In this document: piece by piece, positions 17,561-29,811 of the stretch
How the letters are laid out: every line of letters begins with the position of its first letter
Position numbering within the stretch: position 1 is the stretch's first letter
Assembly (NCBI GenBank): GCA_963822965.1
Contig: CAWGJT010000006.1
Location: forward strand, 768,001-832,000
DNA length: 64,000 nucleotides
Direction: 5' to 3'
Origin: an uncultured delta proteobacterium
GTDB lineage: Bacteria > Myxococcota_A > UBA9160 > UBA4427
Made by a program: the position numbers and the translations under genes
Notes under the pieces: generated by a model
The model's database searches: none
Told to the model about the DNA's origin: nothing
What the model saw: only the letters and a program-made list of their open reading frames with translations

Positions 17561-19210
17561 CTACAAGGGGTCGGCGAAGGCCGGGGTCTGATCGAAGTCC
17601 TCGTCGTCCGTGAGATCTCCCTCGACTCGGACGGCGCCCGGCTTCGCCGGGAGTGTCGGCGGGGCGCGGGCCGGAAGATCCAAGCAGGCGAGGATCTTCG
17701 AGGCCACCTCGGGGTCCTCGATCGCAGCCAGCAGGCGTAGCGTTGCACCGCACTGCGGACAGCGAAGCGCGTCGCGGTGAATCTTCGATTCACAAGCGCT
17801 TGGCCAGCGTAGCTGGCCCGCGATCTCGAAGACGCGCATCAGCAGCTTCGCCCAGCGGATCCGGTACGCGCGAGTCCGCTCCGCGTGTCCGGCGTTCGGC
17901 TCGTCACCCGGCTCGTCCGCAGTGACATCTTCCGGCGGCGCGATCACCCCCGCCTCTTCGGACGCACGCGGCGTGACGCGGTCGCGCAGACCGGCGGCGG
18001 GCGCCAGGATGCCGTGGTAGCGGACCTGGTTCGCGCGCGGAGGCGGGATCAACGGGACGAGACGCTCGATGAGCTCGCGCTGCTCCATCAGGATGTGCGT
18101 GGTGCCATCGCGCCAGCGGGTCTTCAGGCGCAGGGCCAGGCTGCCGTCGCTCCGCTCTTCCAGGCGCTCCTGGGCGAGGGGTGGGCGCGCGACATACCGG
18201 CAGAGCCGCTCGAGCCGGGCGCGGTCGCGTGCGGGCACGCACACGTCGGCATGCAGGCTCATGCCGCCGTAGCGGGGAACGCGGGGCGATGCGTCGGAAT
18301 CTCCCGGCGTGCCTCCGCTCTCGGCGGGCTCCACCCGGTCGCCCAGGCGTCGCCACGGCATCCCGGCCTCGGGGCCCGTGGCGATGCGGGTCTGCAGCGA
18401 CGCGGCGGCCAGCAGGGCCAGGAGCGGCTCGTCGCGCGCCAGGGCGTCTTCGTCGTCTCCGGCGCGCCTCTCGATCAGCCGGTGGATCCGGCGCGCAGTG
18501 CCGGCCAGAACGCGGGCGACCTCCTCCGCGCTCGGGGCCGGAAGCGGCGAGAAGCGTGGCGGCTCTCGATCGAACACGCTGCCCGAGTAGACCCCGTCGA
18601 GCACCAGGGTGTGGAAGTGGAGGTTCAGGTTCATCGCCGAACCGCGAGCACGCGGAGCGTGCGATGCGCAAGCCGAGCGAAGCTCGGCCGCGAAGCGCTG
18701 GATGAACGTGACGGCACCGCACTGGCTGCCCCGTGCCCCCCACCTGCGCATGGCCCGCCGACGAAGCTCCGCGAAGAGCGCCCGCGTGAAGGCGCGCAGC
18801 ACATCGCTCGTGAGCCGGGTGCCGTAGGCGCAGCGGAATCGGAGGGGGTATGGCAGGGTCAAGACCCATTGGCGGATCGGGACCTCGGGCAGCACGCGGT
18901 CCACCAGGTGCGCAGCGGTGTCCGCCATTCGCCTTCCTCCGCAGGAGGGGCAGAAGCCGCGGCGCTTGCAGGAGAAGGCCACCAGGCGCTCGTGCCGGCA
19001 GTCGTCGCAGCGCAGGCGCAGGAAGCCATGGGCGAGGATCCCGCAGCGCAGGTAGGCCCGCAGCTCCTGCTCCACGAAGCGGGGCGGAGGCTGCCCTCGG
19101 GCCGACGCGCGAGCCAGGAAGGTCTCGAGCTCCTCGCGCACGACGCGGTGCAGGAGCGTGCGCTCGGGCTCGTGACGTTCGTAGCTGGCTTCTCCAGGCC
19201 GGCGCGACAC
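17561..19210 (-). CDS. IS91-family (rolling-circle, HUH) transposase with two 16-aa in-frame insertions
   Basis: N-terminal Zn domain (YLRCGILAHGF..CDDC..SCKRRGFCPSC), QWVLTLP, HUH NLNLHFH, LERLCRYVARPP, RYHGILAP, C-terminal CPQCG. Confidence 0.93.
   Translation of the reverse strand: MSRRPGEASYERHEPERTLLHRVVREELETFLARASARGQPPPRFVEQELRAYLRCGILAHGFLRLRCDDCRHERLVAFSCKRRGFCPSCGGRRMADTAAHLVDRVLPEVPIRQWVLTLPYPLRFRCAYGTRLTSDVLRAFTRALFAELRRRAMRRWGARGSQCGAVTFIQRFAAELRSACASHAPRARGSAMNLNLHFHTLVLDGVYSGSVFDREPPRFSPLPAPSAEEVARVLAGTARRIHRLIERRAGDDEDALARDEPLLALLAAASLQTRIATGPEAGMPWRRLGDRVEPAESGGTPGDSDASPRVPRYGGMSLHADVCVPARDRARLERLCRYVARPPLAQERLEERSDGSLALRLKTRWRDGTTHILMEQRELIERLVPLIPPPRANQVRYHGILAPAAGLRDRVTPRASEEAGVIAPPEDVTADEPGDEPNAGHAERTRAYRIRWAKLLMRVFEIAGQLRWPSACESKIHRDALRCPQCGATLRLLAAIEDPEVASKILACLDLPARAPPTLPAKPGAVRVEGDLTDDEDFDQTPAFADPL
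17774..17821. repeat. 48-bp twin-hairpin in-frame insert no. 1
   Basis: GCG GTGAATC-TTC-GATTCAC AAGCGCTT GGCCAGC-GTA-GCTGGCC CGC, between the codons for RVFEI and DALRCPQC. Confidence 0.85.
18644..18691. repeat. 48-bp twin-hairpin in-frame insert no. 2
   Basis: GCG A-GCACGC-GGA-GCGTGC-G ATGCGCAA GCCGAGC-GAA-GCTCGGC CGC, between the codons for FIQRF and GSAMNLNLHFH. Confidence 0.85.
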
Positions 19211-19526
19211 CGCGGCCGGCGAGTCTGCAAACGCCCTGCCGCGGGAGCACGCGAAGCTGCGCCCGCGCTACGCCGGGTAGGCGAAGCGGCGCGTGCGGGC
19301 GTCCACGTCGCAGGAGTGAACCGCAATACGCGAATCGAGAGCAAAACGAACCACCGAACCGGTCGATCGGCCAACCGAGGCGAATACGGGCAGTGGCCGC
19401 ATGCGAGCTCTGACGGCGCCTTCTCGGGTTCGGAACGACCGAGGTCCGGCGGCCAGGCCCCCGCGGAAGCGCGGGTATTCTCCAGCCGGTGCCGGGAAAC
19501 GGGCGGCGAATCTCCACACCCACGGA

Positions 19527-19722
19527 CTAGTGTCCTGAGTCAGAAGTTCGCCGGCATTTGGCCGCCCGTGCGACCCGCCGGCTGCGTTGCGCTCCCGTCG
19601 CCGTAGCTCGGCTACGCCTCGGTCGCGCGCCTTGTCGGCGGGTCGCACGCGCGGCCTCGGTGCGATCGAGACCCGCTGCCATCGAGCAAGTCCGACGTCG
19701 AACTTCTGACTCAGGACACTAG
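19527..19722. mobile_element. MITE (196 bp), probably IS630-derived
   Basis: Perfect 24-bp terminal IR CTAGTGTCCTGAGTCAGAAGTTCG / CGAACTTCTGACTCAGGACACTAG; long internal hairpin 19567-19649; no transposase. Confidence 0.85.
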
Positions 19723-20140
19723 CAGCTAGACGGCGCTTCCCTCCCGACGGAGCACGGTCATGCAGGCTCTACCCCATCCGGGGCAATCCTCGAATATCAG
19801 AGTGACTCGTCGTCGAAGCAGCCGAACCGGCCCTGTCGTCCTCCATCGAGATCCGAGGAGAAAACCAATACGCTTCAAGTGGGCACGAGAACGCGAACGT
19901 CGAGCCTTGACAAAGGTCACTCCATATCAGCCCTGATCCGTCATACGGATCAGGGCGCAACTCCCGATGCCCGCCGAATCGCCGCGTCTCGCTCGGCCCG
20001 TGCCGCAATCCGAGCCCGACGCCGGGACCTCATGGGAATGAGGTCGTCCCGCTCAGCTGGTTCCGCCGTTCTCGCACGATCCGCAAGGGCTGACAGGACC
20101 TGCTGCACGCAGGAAGCACACTCGATGACGCATTGGGGCC

Positions 20141-21310
20141 CTAGCTCGCCAGCCCGAGACGGTTGGCGATGTTGTTCCTCTGCATGTTCGACGACCCGCC
20201 GACGATCGGCATGCCGAGCAGATCGCGCACGTGGCGCTCCATGGCGTGGCCCTCGGAGAGGCCGTAGGCGCCCATCACCTGCTGGCAGGCGAGGGCGATC
20301 TGGACGGCGGTCTCGGCGACGAAGAGCTTGGCCATGGAGGTCTCGACGCTACAGGGCCGCCGCGCCTGCGCGAGGGCGGCCGCGTGGTAGAGCATGTGGC
20401 GACAGGCCTGCAGCCTCGTGCGCGCGTCCACCAGCGCGTGGCGCACGGCCTGGTGACCGCTGATGGGGCGCCCGAACTGCCTGCGCTCCTGCGCGTACTC
20501 CCACGCCTCCTCGACCGCGGCGCGCGCGATTCCGTAGGTCACGGCGGTGATCTCGATCTTCTCGACGTCGAGCGCCTCGCCCACCAGCATCCCCCAGCCG
20601 CGGTTCCAGCCGCTTCGACCGCCCACGAGGTTCTCGATGGGCACGCGCGCGCCCTCGAAGACGACGTCGCTCGAGAGCGTGTAGCGCAGGTTCGATGTGG
20701 TCGATGGGCTGGACCGTGACGCCCGGAGTGCCGGGGGGGACCAGCACGAAGGAGAGGTTCTCGTAGCGTCTGCCGTCGGGATCGGTGTTCACCAGGCAGT
20801 AGATGTAGTCGGCGAAGTCGGCGCCCGTGCACCAGCGCTTGGTGCCGTCCAGCACGAGCTCGCGGCCGTCCGGCGAGCGGCGCGCGGTGGTGCGCACGCT
20901 GGCGAGGTCGCCGCCCACGTCGGGCTCGGAGAGCCCGTAGGCGAACCGTAGCTCGCCCGCCGCGAGCTTCGGCAGCAGCGCGCGCTTCTGCTCCGGCGAG
21001 CCGTTCTCCGAGAGGTTCACGCCGCCGTAGAACGCGCAGTGGATGAACGGACCCGGCCGCGAACGCGCCCGCCTGACAGAGCTCCTCGATCACCGCGACC
21101 GCAGCCACCAGGTCGCGTCCCTCGCCGCCGTACTCGACGTCGATCGTGAGGCCGCACACGCCCAGGGCGGCGAGCTTGCGCGAAGAGCTCGTCCGGAAAG
21201 CGATGCTCCCGGTCCCAACGGCGCACGGCGTCGGGAGGCATCTCCCGCCGCACGAAGCGGCGGAGGGTCTCGCGCAGCTGCTGGACGTGCTCGGGCTCTT
21301 CGTAGATCAA
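20141..21310 (-). CDS. Acyl-CoA dehydrogenase (several frameshifts, likely sequence errors)
   Basis: Pieces in different frames: LRETLRRFVRREM, FAYGLSEPDVGGD, GTKRWCTGA, RRQFGRPI, QVMGAYG, IVGGSSNMQRNNIA. Confidence 0.88.
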
Positions 21311-21445
21311 GCGGGACTCCGGAAGGGCGAGCTTAGCCTGCCGGGCGCCGCAGGCCCGCTCGCGGCGCAGGTGGCAGGGGTCGGTCCGGACGACTATCCA
21401 GTCTGGCCCGCGTGCGCCCGGCATGCGGGCGCGAAGGAGAATCCC

Positions 21446-22252
21446 ATGGCCGGCCCCCTCGATCCCGCGAGCTATCGCGCCCTCCACTTCGAACGGCAGG
21501 GCGACGTGCTGCGGGTGACGATCGACCACCCCGACGACGCCCTGAACGCGGTGGACGAGCTCCTCCACGAAGAGCTCACGCGGCTCTTCCGGGAGCTGAA
21601 GCGCGAGGACCACGCCCGAGCCGTGGTGCTCACGGGCCGCGGCCGCGCCTTCAGCGCCGGCGGGAGCTTCGACTGGTTTCCCAGCCTGCAGGAGCCGGCC
21701 GCGCTCGAGCACCTGCGCCGGGACGCCAAGCAGATGATCTGGGATCTGCTCGACGTCGAGGTTCCCATCGTCGCGGCGTTGAACGGGCCCGCGGTGGGCC
21801 TGGGCGCCTCGCTGGCCCTGCTCTGCGACGTCATCTACATGGCCGACACGGCGACCCTGGCAGACCCGCACGTGCGGGTGGGCATCGTGGCGGGCGACGG
21901 CGGCACGGCGATCTGGCCGCTGGCGATCGGGCCGGCCCGTGCCAAGGAGTACCTGCTCACCGGAGATCCCGTCCCCGCCGCCGAGGCCGAGCGCCTCGGA
22001 CTCGTCAACCGCGTGGTGCCGGCGGACCTGCTGCAGGACGAGGCCCTGGCGTTCGCGCGTCGGCTGGCCGCAGGTGCGCCCCTGGCGGTCCGCTACACCA
22101 AGCAGGCGGTCAACAAGTTGGTGAAGGACGCTCTGAACGTCGCCTTCGACACCGCGACCGCCCTCGAGCTCGTCACGTTCCGCAGCGAAGACCACCGGGA
22201 GGCCCTCGCCGCCCTGCGCGAGAAGCGCAAGCCTCGCTTCCAGGGGCGCTGA
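21446..22252 (+). CDS. Enoyl-CoA hydratase/isomerase family protein
   Basis: AAGGAG RBS; GRAFSAGG, AALNGPAVGLG, EAERLGLVN, EKRKPRF. Confidence 0.93.
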   Translation: MAGPLDPASYRALHFERQGDVLRVTIDHPDDALNAVDELLHEELTRLFRELKREDHARAVVLTGRGRAFSAGGSFDWFPSLQEPAALEHLRRDAKQMIWDLLDVEVPIVAALNGPAVGLGASLALLCDVIYMADTATLADPHVRVGIVAGDGGTAIWPLAIGPARAKEYLLTGDPVPAAEAERLGLVNRVVPADLLQDEALAFARRLAAGAPLAVRYTKQAVNKLVKDALNVAFDTATALELVTFRSEDHREALAALREKRKPRFQGR

Positions 22253-22311
22253 AGGACCGGCGCGGGAACGTGCGGCTCGCGTCGACCCGGGAGGGCCGGC
22301 GGGTCCCCGCG

Positions 22312-23541
22312 CTATCCGGGCCGTCCGTCGGGTCTCGGCTCGCGCAGGAGACGCCAGTAGCGAAACGCGAACCACCCGAAGGCGCCCGACCACGCGACGG
22401 CGCCCGACGCGAGCAGCGCCGGATGGCCGGCACCGCCGGCAAGCGGCGCTGCGACCCGGGCGAGGGCCCCGACGTGCACCAGCACGTAGCACCACACGAC
22501 GCCGTCGGGCAGCACGAGTGGGCGCCCTGTGTGGCCGAGCCCCACCCGCGTCATCACGGCGAGGAGCGTCGCGCCCATGGCTCCCGCGGTGAGGGCGTGC
22601 AGGCCCGCCGAGCCCGGGATCGGGGCGCCGAGATCGCCCAGGCCGACGAGCAGCAGCCCGACGGCGACCCAGCCCGATCCCGCGTGCAGCGACCAGAGCA
22701 GCGCGTCCGATCGCGTGTGCCGGGTCTGCCAGCCGGCAAGCCTCGCCGCGACGGCCAGGCCGGCGATCACGGCAACGATCCCGGTGAGCGACGTCCGGGG
22801 GCTCACGAGATCGGCGAAGGCGAGCGCTGCCGCCGCGCCGATCGCGACCCGGTTCACCCACGGCCACGAGCGGACCCTTCGATCGATTCCTTCCCGTTGG
22901 AACGCAGCCTGGGTGAACGCGGGCGTGATGCGGCCGGCGATGACGACGATCAGCAGGACCACCGCGTCCACCCCGAAGCGGAGCGCTCGTCCGGCGACGC
23001 CGGAGACGACGCCAATCGCCTCGGCGTGCATCGCGGCGTTCGCCAGGGCGAGGACCCCGACGATGCCGACGACGGCGTAGTTGCGACCCTGGCCCGAGCC
23101 CCACAGCGTGCGGAGCACGGCCGCCGCAACCGCGGGCAGGAACGCGACGTCGATCGCGGCGATCAGCCCGGCCGGGAGGATGCCCGCCGCGGCAAACACG
23201 ATCCGCCCGGCGACCCAGAGCGCGAACAGGGCGGCCAACGGCGCGCCACACAGGACCGGGCCACCCGTCCAGACGGGGGACGCGGTGAGCAGAAAGCCCG
23301 CGATCCCGGCCGCCACGACACCGAAGATCATCTCGTGCCCGTGCCACCAACCGGGGAGGAGCCACGCGGGCGCGGGCAGCATGCCGAGCCAGATCGCCGT
23401 CCACATCGGGACCGCGACGGCCGCGTAGACCGCCATGCCGAGGAAGAAGGGCCGGAAGGCGCGCCCCCACAGCCCGTACGGCTCGGATCCGGACGCGGAC
23501 CCCGCCCCGAGGACGGGCGTGAGCAGCCCGCCCCCACTCAC
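22312..23541 (-). CDS. nnrS: NnrS family membrane protein (in frame with the upstream ABM domain as sequenced)
   Basis: FRPFFL, WHGHEMIFG, GRITPAFT, LWSLHAG, LHALTAGAMG, TRVGLGHTGR. Confidence 0.92.
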   Translation of the reverse strand: MSGGGLLTPVLGAGSASGSEPYGLWGRAFRPFFLGMAVYAAVAVPMWTAIWLGMLPAPAWLLPGWWHGHEMIFGVVAAGIAGFLLTASPVWTGGPVLCGAPLAALFALWVAGRIVFAAAGILPAGLIAAIDVAFLPAVAAAVLRTLWGSGQGRNYAVVGIVGVLALANAAMHAEAIGVVSGVAGRALRFGVDAVVLLIVVIAGRITPAFTQAAFQREGIDRRVRSWPWVNRVAIGAAAALAFADLVSPRTSLTGIVAVIAGLAVAARLAGWQTRHTRSDALLWSLHAGSGWVAVGLLLVGLGDLGAPIPGSAGLHALTAGAMGATLLAVMTRVGLGHTGRPLVLPDGVVWCYVLVHVGALARVAAPLAGGAGHPALLASGAVAWSGAFGWFAFRYWRLLREPRPDGRPG

Positions 23542-24006
23542 GACGGAGCGCCGGGGGCGCGCCCGGCGGAAGCCGGCAGCATCGAGTCCGGCCCCGCACT
23601 TCCCGCACGTCGAGGGCCGCCTCTCGTCCCAGCCGGGCAGCGCCTGGGTCCAGCGCCGGCACGCGGGACACCGACGGGCCCGCTCGTGGTCGGTGTCGAG
23701 CCGGTACTCGCCGAAGCAGCCCTCGACGCACCACTCGCGGAAGCCGGGCATGAGCACCGCGCGGTGGAACTCGTTCTCGATCCACTGGGTGACGGCGCCG
23801 GGGTCGGACCACAGCGTCGAGAACTGATAGCGACGGCCGGGCCGGCTCCAGACGACGGCCTGCAGGCAGCCCTCGACCCCCCGCACCTCTTCGAGGGTCC
23901 GGTCGAGATGGCCACGGAACGCGGCCTCGCCGGCCTCCGAGAAGACGAACTCGGCGAGCACGAGGAGGGGCGCCGGGCCCGGCGGGCTGCCTTCTTCGGA
24001 CGACAT
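23538..24006 (-). CDS. ABM (dimeric alpha-beta barrel)-like protein with C-terminal Zn ribbon
   Basis: EAAFRGHLDRTLEEVRGVEGCL...STLWSD...W..NEFH ABM pattern; CPAC...CGKC. May be a separate gene ending at TGA 23538. Confidence 0.65.
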
Positions 24007-24087
24007 GGGGTCCTCCCTGGATCGGATGATTCGAGGCGTCCGCCGACCGTCGCCCGTCCCGCTGGCCCGGCGCCGGCGATTCGCGGG

Positions 24088-24525
24088 TCAGGAAACCGTC
24101 AGGAGCCGCTCCAGTGGCTTGCGGCGCCGCGCGACGAGATCGGAGAGGGTGCAGGCGTCGAGGGTTCGAAGGAAGGAGGCGACCGCCTCTTCGAGCAGAC
24201 CCCGGAGACCGCACACCGGCTCGATGCGACAATCGCTCGTCCCGGGCCCGAAGCATTCCACCAGGTCGATCCGGCCTTCGGTCTGTCGGACGACGTCGCC
24301 GACGCGGATCGACTCCGGCGCGCGGGCGAGCCGAAGCCCCCCGCCGCGGCCGCGGACCGTCTCGAGGAATCCGGCGCGACCCAGCTGGTGGGCCACCTTC
24401 ATCACGTGAGCCCGGGAGATTCCGTAGGCCTCGGCGATCTGCTCGATGGTCGCGAGGTCGCCGGGATGCACCGCGAGATAGATCAGGACGCGAAGGCTGA
24501 GGTCGCTGTACCGCGTGAGCTGCAT
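24088..24525 (-). CDS. nsrR: Rrf2-family NO-responsive regulator NsrR
   Basis: MQLTRYSDLSLRVLIYL, RGRGGG, LVECF...C.I...C (three Cys); adjacent to nnrS. Confidence 0.88.
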   Translation of the reverse strand: MQLTRYSDLSLRVLIYLAVHPGDLATIEQIAEAYGISRAHVMKVAHQLGRAGFLETVRGRGGGLRLARAPESIRVGDVVRQTEGRIDLVECFGPGTSDCRIEPVCGLRGLLEEAVASFLRTLDACTLSDLVARRRKPLERLLTVS

Positions 24526-24544
24526 TCGGCCTCCCGGTGGCCGA

Positions 24545-24567
24545 AAGATATATCAAATATAGATCTT
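24545..24567. promoter_or_regulatory. NsrR-type operator (imperfect 11-1-11 palindrome)
   Basis: AAGATATATCA-A-ATATAGATCTT, 20 bp upstream of nsrR, resembling the enterobacterial NsrR box AAGATG(C/T)ATTT-N-AAAT(A/G)CATCTT. Confidence 0.75.
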
Positions 24568-24705
24568 AAAAGCCAGGCAAAGATCGGCCCGCGGCCACGG
24601 GCCCCGCGCGCCCTAGAGCCCCGCCCGGCGCTCGACGGCGAGGCGCCCGAGAGAAGGACGCTCGAGACCCGACGCTCGGGAAAGAGCGCCTTCGGGTGAG
24701 GCTCG

Positions 24706-25908
<1,203 letters not shown>

Positions 25909-26237
25909 GGATCCGTCTCCTGTCGCGCTCGAGTGCTGGTGTGGGTCTGCCTGCGGTCCGCCATCCGCGGTCCCACCGCTTCGGGCGGTCGGGGTCCGGC
26001 GTTCGGGCGTCGAGGCGATTCCGCATGGTAGCCGCCCTGACGGCGTCTGCCGCGCCCGGAACGGCCTCCGAGGCGATTTCCCGGAGCTCCGCGAGAGGAC
26101 CGGAGCCGGCGCGAAACGGGACTTCGGGCCTTCCCGGGCTCGCCGCGCCTGTGGCAGCGACGCGAACGACCGGCCAGACTCTGCCGCGCAGCAGGCGCCG
26201 CCGGAGGCCTTTCCCGCATCCCACCAGGAGACCGACC

Positions 26238-27756
<1,519 letters not shown>

Positions 27757-27846
27757 TGACGGTGCTCAGGCGTCAGTTTGCCCGGAGACTTCGGCCACAA
27801 ACTCGGTGCAACCCCGCGGCACCTTCGAGCGGAGGGAACCCTCATC

Positions 27847-28330
27847 ATGGAACAACAGCGCGAAGCACGGCTGGCGGCACGGCTGGCCCGAACCTCGGAA
27901 GCCCAGACCCTCACGGACATCATCCTCGAGACGTTCCGGCTGAACGGCCGACTGCTCGAGCACGGCGATGGCATGACGAGGGATCTGGGGCTTGTCGAGC
28001 GCCCGCTGGCAGGTGTTGTCGTCCGTCGACGGGGAGCCGATGACCGTCGCCGAGATCGCGCGGCGCATGGGCCTTCGGCGGCAGAGCGTGCAGCGCACGG
28101 TGAACTCCCTCAAGGCAGACGACTTCGTCGTTCTCAAGCCCAATCCGAATCACCGCCGGGCCAAGCTCGTCGAGATGACCGATCGCGGGTTCGCGGCCCT
28201 CGAGGAGACCTACCGGCGGCACGCGGCCTGGGCCAACGACTTCGTGCGGGGCATGACGCGCGACGAGCTCAAGACGACGCTGGCGGCCATGTCGGAGTTC
28301 CGGCTGCGTCTCGAGCGGACCACGCGTTGA
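27847..28330 (+). CDS. MarR-family transcriptional regulator (one frameshift near 27990)
   Basis: ETFRLNGRLL..GD, SSARWQVL, TVAEIARRMGLRRQSVQR, PNPNHRRAKLV. Confidence 0.88.
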
Positions 28331-29149
28331 GCTCCAGGCGTCCGCGGCGTCGCGGCTTCCGAGAGGAAGGCCTACCAGGTCGGCGCGGACGCGGAAACCG
28401 AGGCCAAGGAGCGAAGGTCCGCCACGGCCTGCTGGCGGCGATCGCGGATCCTCCGTCGATCCGCGCGCTCGAGCAGATCGGGGTCGCGCCGGGCTGGCGC
28501 TGCCTGGACGTCGGTACCGGAGGCGCGTCGATCGCCCGCTGGCTCGCCGAGCGCGTGGGTCCCACGGGCGCGGTGCTGGCCACGGACGTCGACCTGCGCT
28601 GGGCGCAGGGCGGCCCCGCGAATCTCGAGCTGCTTCGACACGACGTGGTCGCGGACGCGTTGCCCACGGCAGCCTTCGACCTGGTCCACGCGCGCGGGCT
28701 GCTGCAGCACCTCGATCGCCGGGAGGAGGTGATCGACAAGCTCGTCGCCTCCGCCCGTCCCGGCGGCTGGGTGCTGTTCGAGGACGTCGACTGGATCCAG
28801 TTCGACGCCCAGGAGATCCCCGAGCCCTTCGCCTCCCTGGTCCGCATGGCCCGCGGACACAGCGAGCGCGAGAACGGATACGACGGCACCCTCGGGCGGC
28901 GCTACCTCTCGCTGCTCCGGGAGCGGGGCCTCACGCCGTCGAGGAGCAGGGCAGCGTCTTCACGATGCATGGCGGAACGGCGAGCGCCGAGTGGTTCGTG
29001 CTCGCCCTCGACTGGGCGAAGCCCGCGCTGGTGCAGGCGGGGTCTTCAGCGAGGAGATCGTCGACGAGGCACTCGCGCAGGCGCGGGATCCCGAGTTCGC
29101 GATCCTGTCGCCGATCCTGATGTCGGCCTGGGGACGCGTGCCCGCCTGA
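28327..29149 (+). CDS. Class I SAM-dependent methyltransferase (frameshifted)
   Basis: GWRCLDVGTGGASIARWL, FDLVHARGLLQHL, RPGGWVLFED, ends MSAWGRVPA. Start uncertain. Confidence 0.82.
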
Positions 29150-29223
29150 TCGGCCCGCGCGGTGCGGCGCAGCGCTCGCGGGAAGCGGCCGCCGGGGCAT
29201 CCCCGACGGCCGCCTCGGCGCGC

Positions 29224-29557
29224 TCAGCTGCCGCGAACGACCGTGCAGAAGTGCCCGATCACGATGTAGTTCTGGACCGTGGCCTCGACGGTGTCGACTG
29301 GTGATTCCGCCGTTGGCCGCCGCCGCCTTGATGCTGGCGTCGCCCCTGGCGAAGACGCCCACGTACGAGGTCGCGCACGCCTTGCCTTCCTTGGTGCCGA
29401 CCCGGGTCGTGCCCGCGTCGAGCGGGAAGGAGACGTCCTGGATCCAGATGCCGGCCACCGGCGAGGCGACCGACTGGCAGCCCCCGAGGACGAGCAGGCA
29501 GAGCAGGCCGGCGAGCGCCAGGGTGGTTCTGCCGAGGATCGAAGTTCGCTTGATCAA
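29224..29557 (-). CDS. TRL-like family lipoprotein (frameshift near 29300)
   Basis: Lipobox LGGC; KEGKACATSYVGVFARGDASIKAAAANGGI...HFCTVVRG. Confidence 0.78.
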
Positions 29558-29811
29558 TTCGATTTCTCCTGTATGGCTGAAACATGGAACGATGACTGAC
29601 TTGGAGCGGTGCTGGACTTCCCAGCCCCCCTGTCTGGGCGCAGCAATGCGCTGGACCCGGCGCAGTCTAGTCGAGAAGCGCGCGCGAACAACGAGCTACG
29701 CGCAGGAACACGCGAACGGGTCGGGGGCGGCCGGCGTGCCCCGCCGTTCGGACCTGCGTCGATTGTCCCACACGCGGGGAGCCGCTCGCGCCCGGCGGTC
29801 CCGGACGGGGT

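Noticed and set aside
21017..24699. Very long overlapping ORFs (1179 aa minus, 1095 aa plus) and similar ones elsewhere
   Set aside because: Arg/Pro/Gly-rich shadow frames typical of very high GC DNA; recognisable genes occupy other frames.
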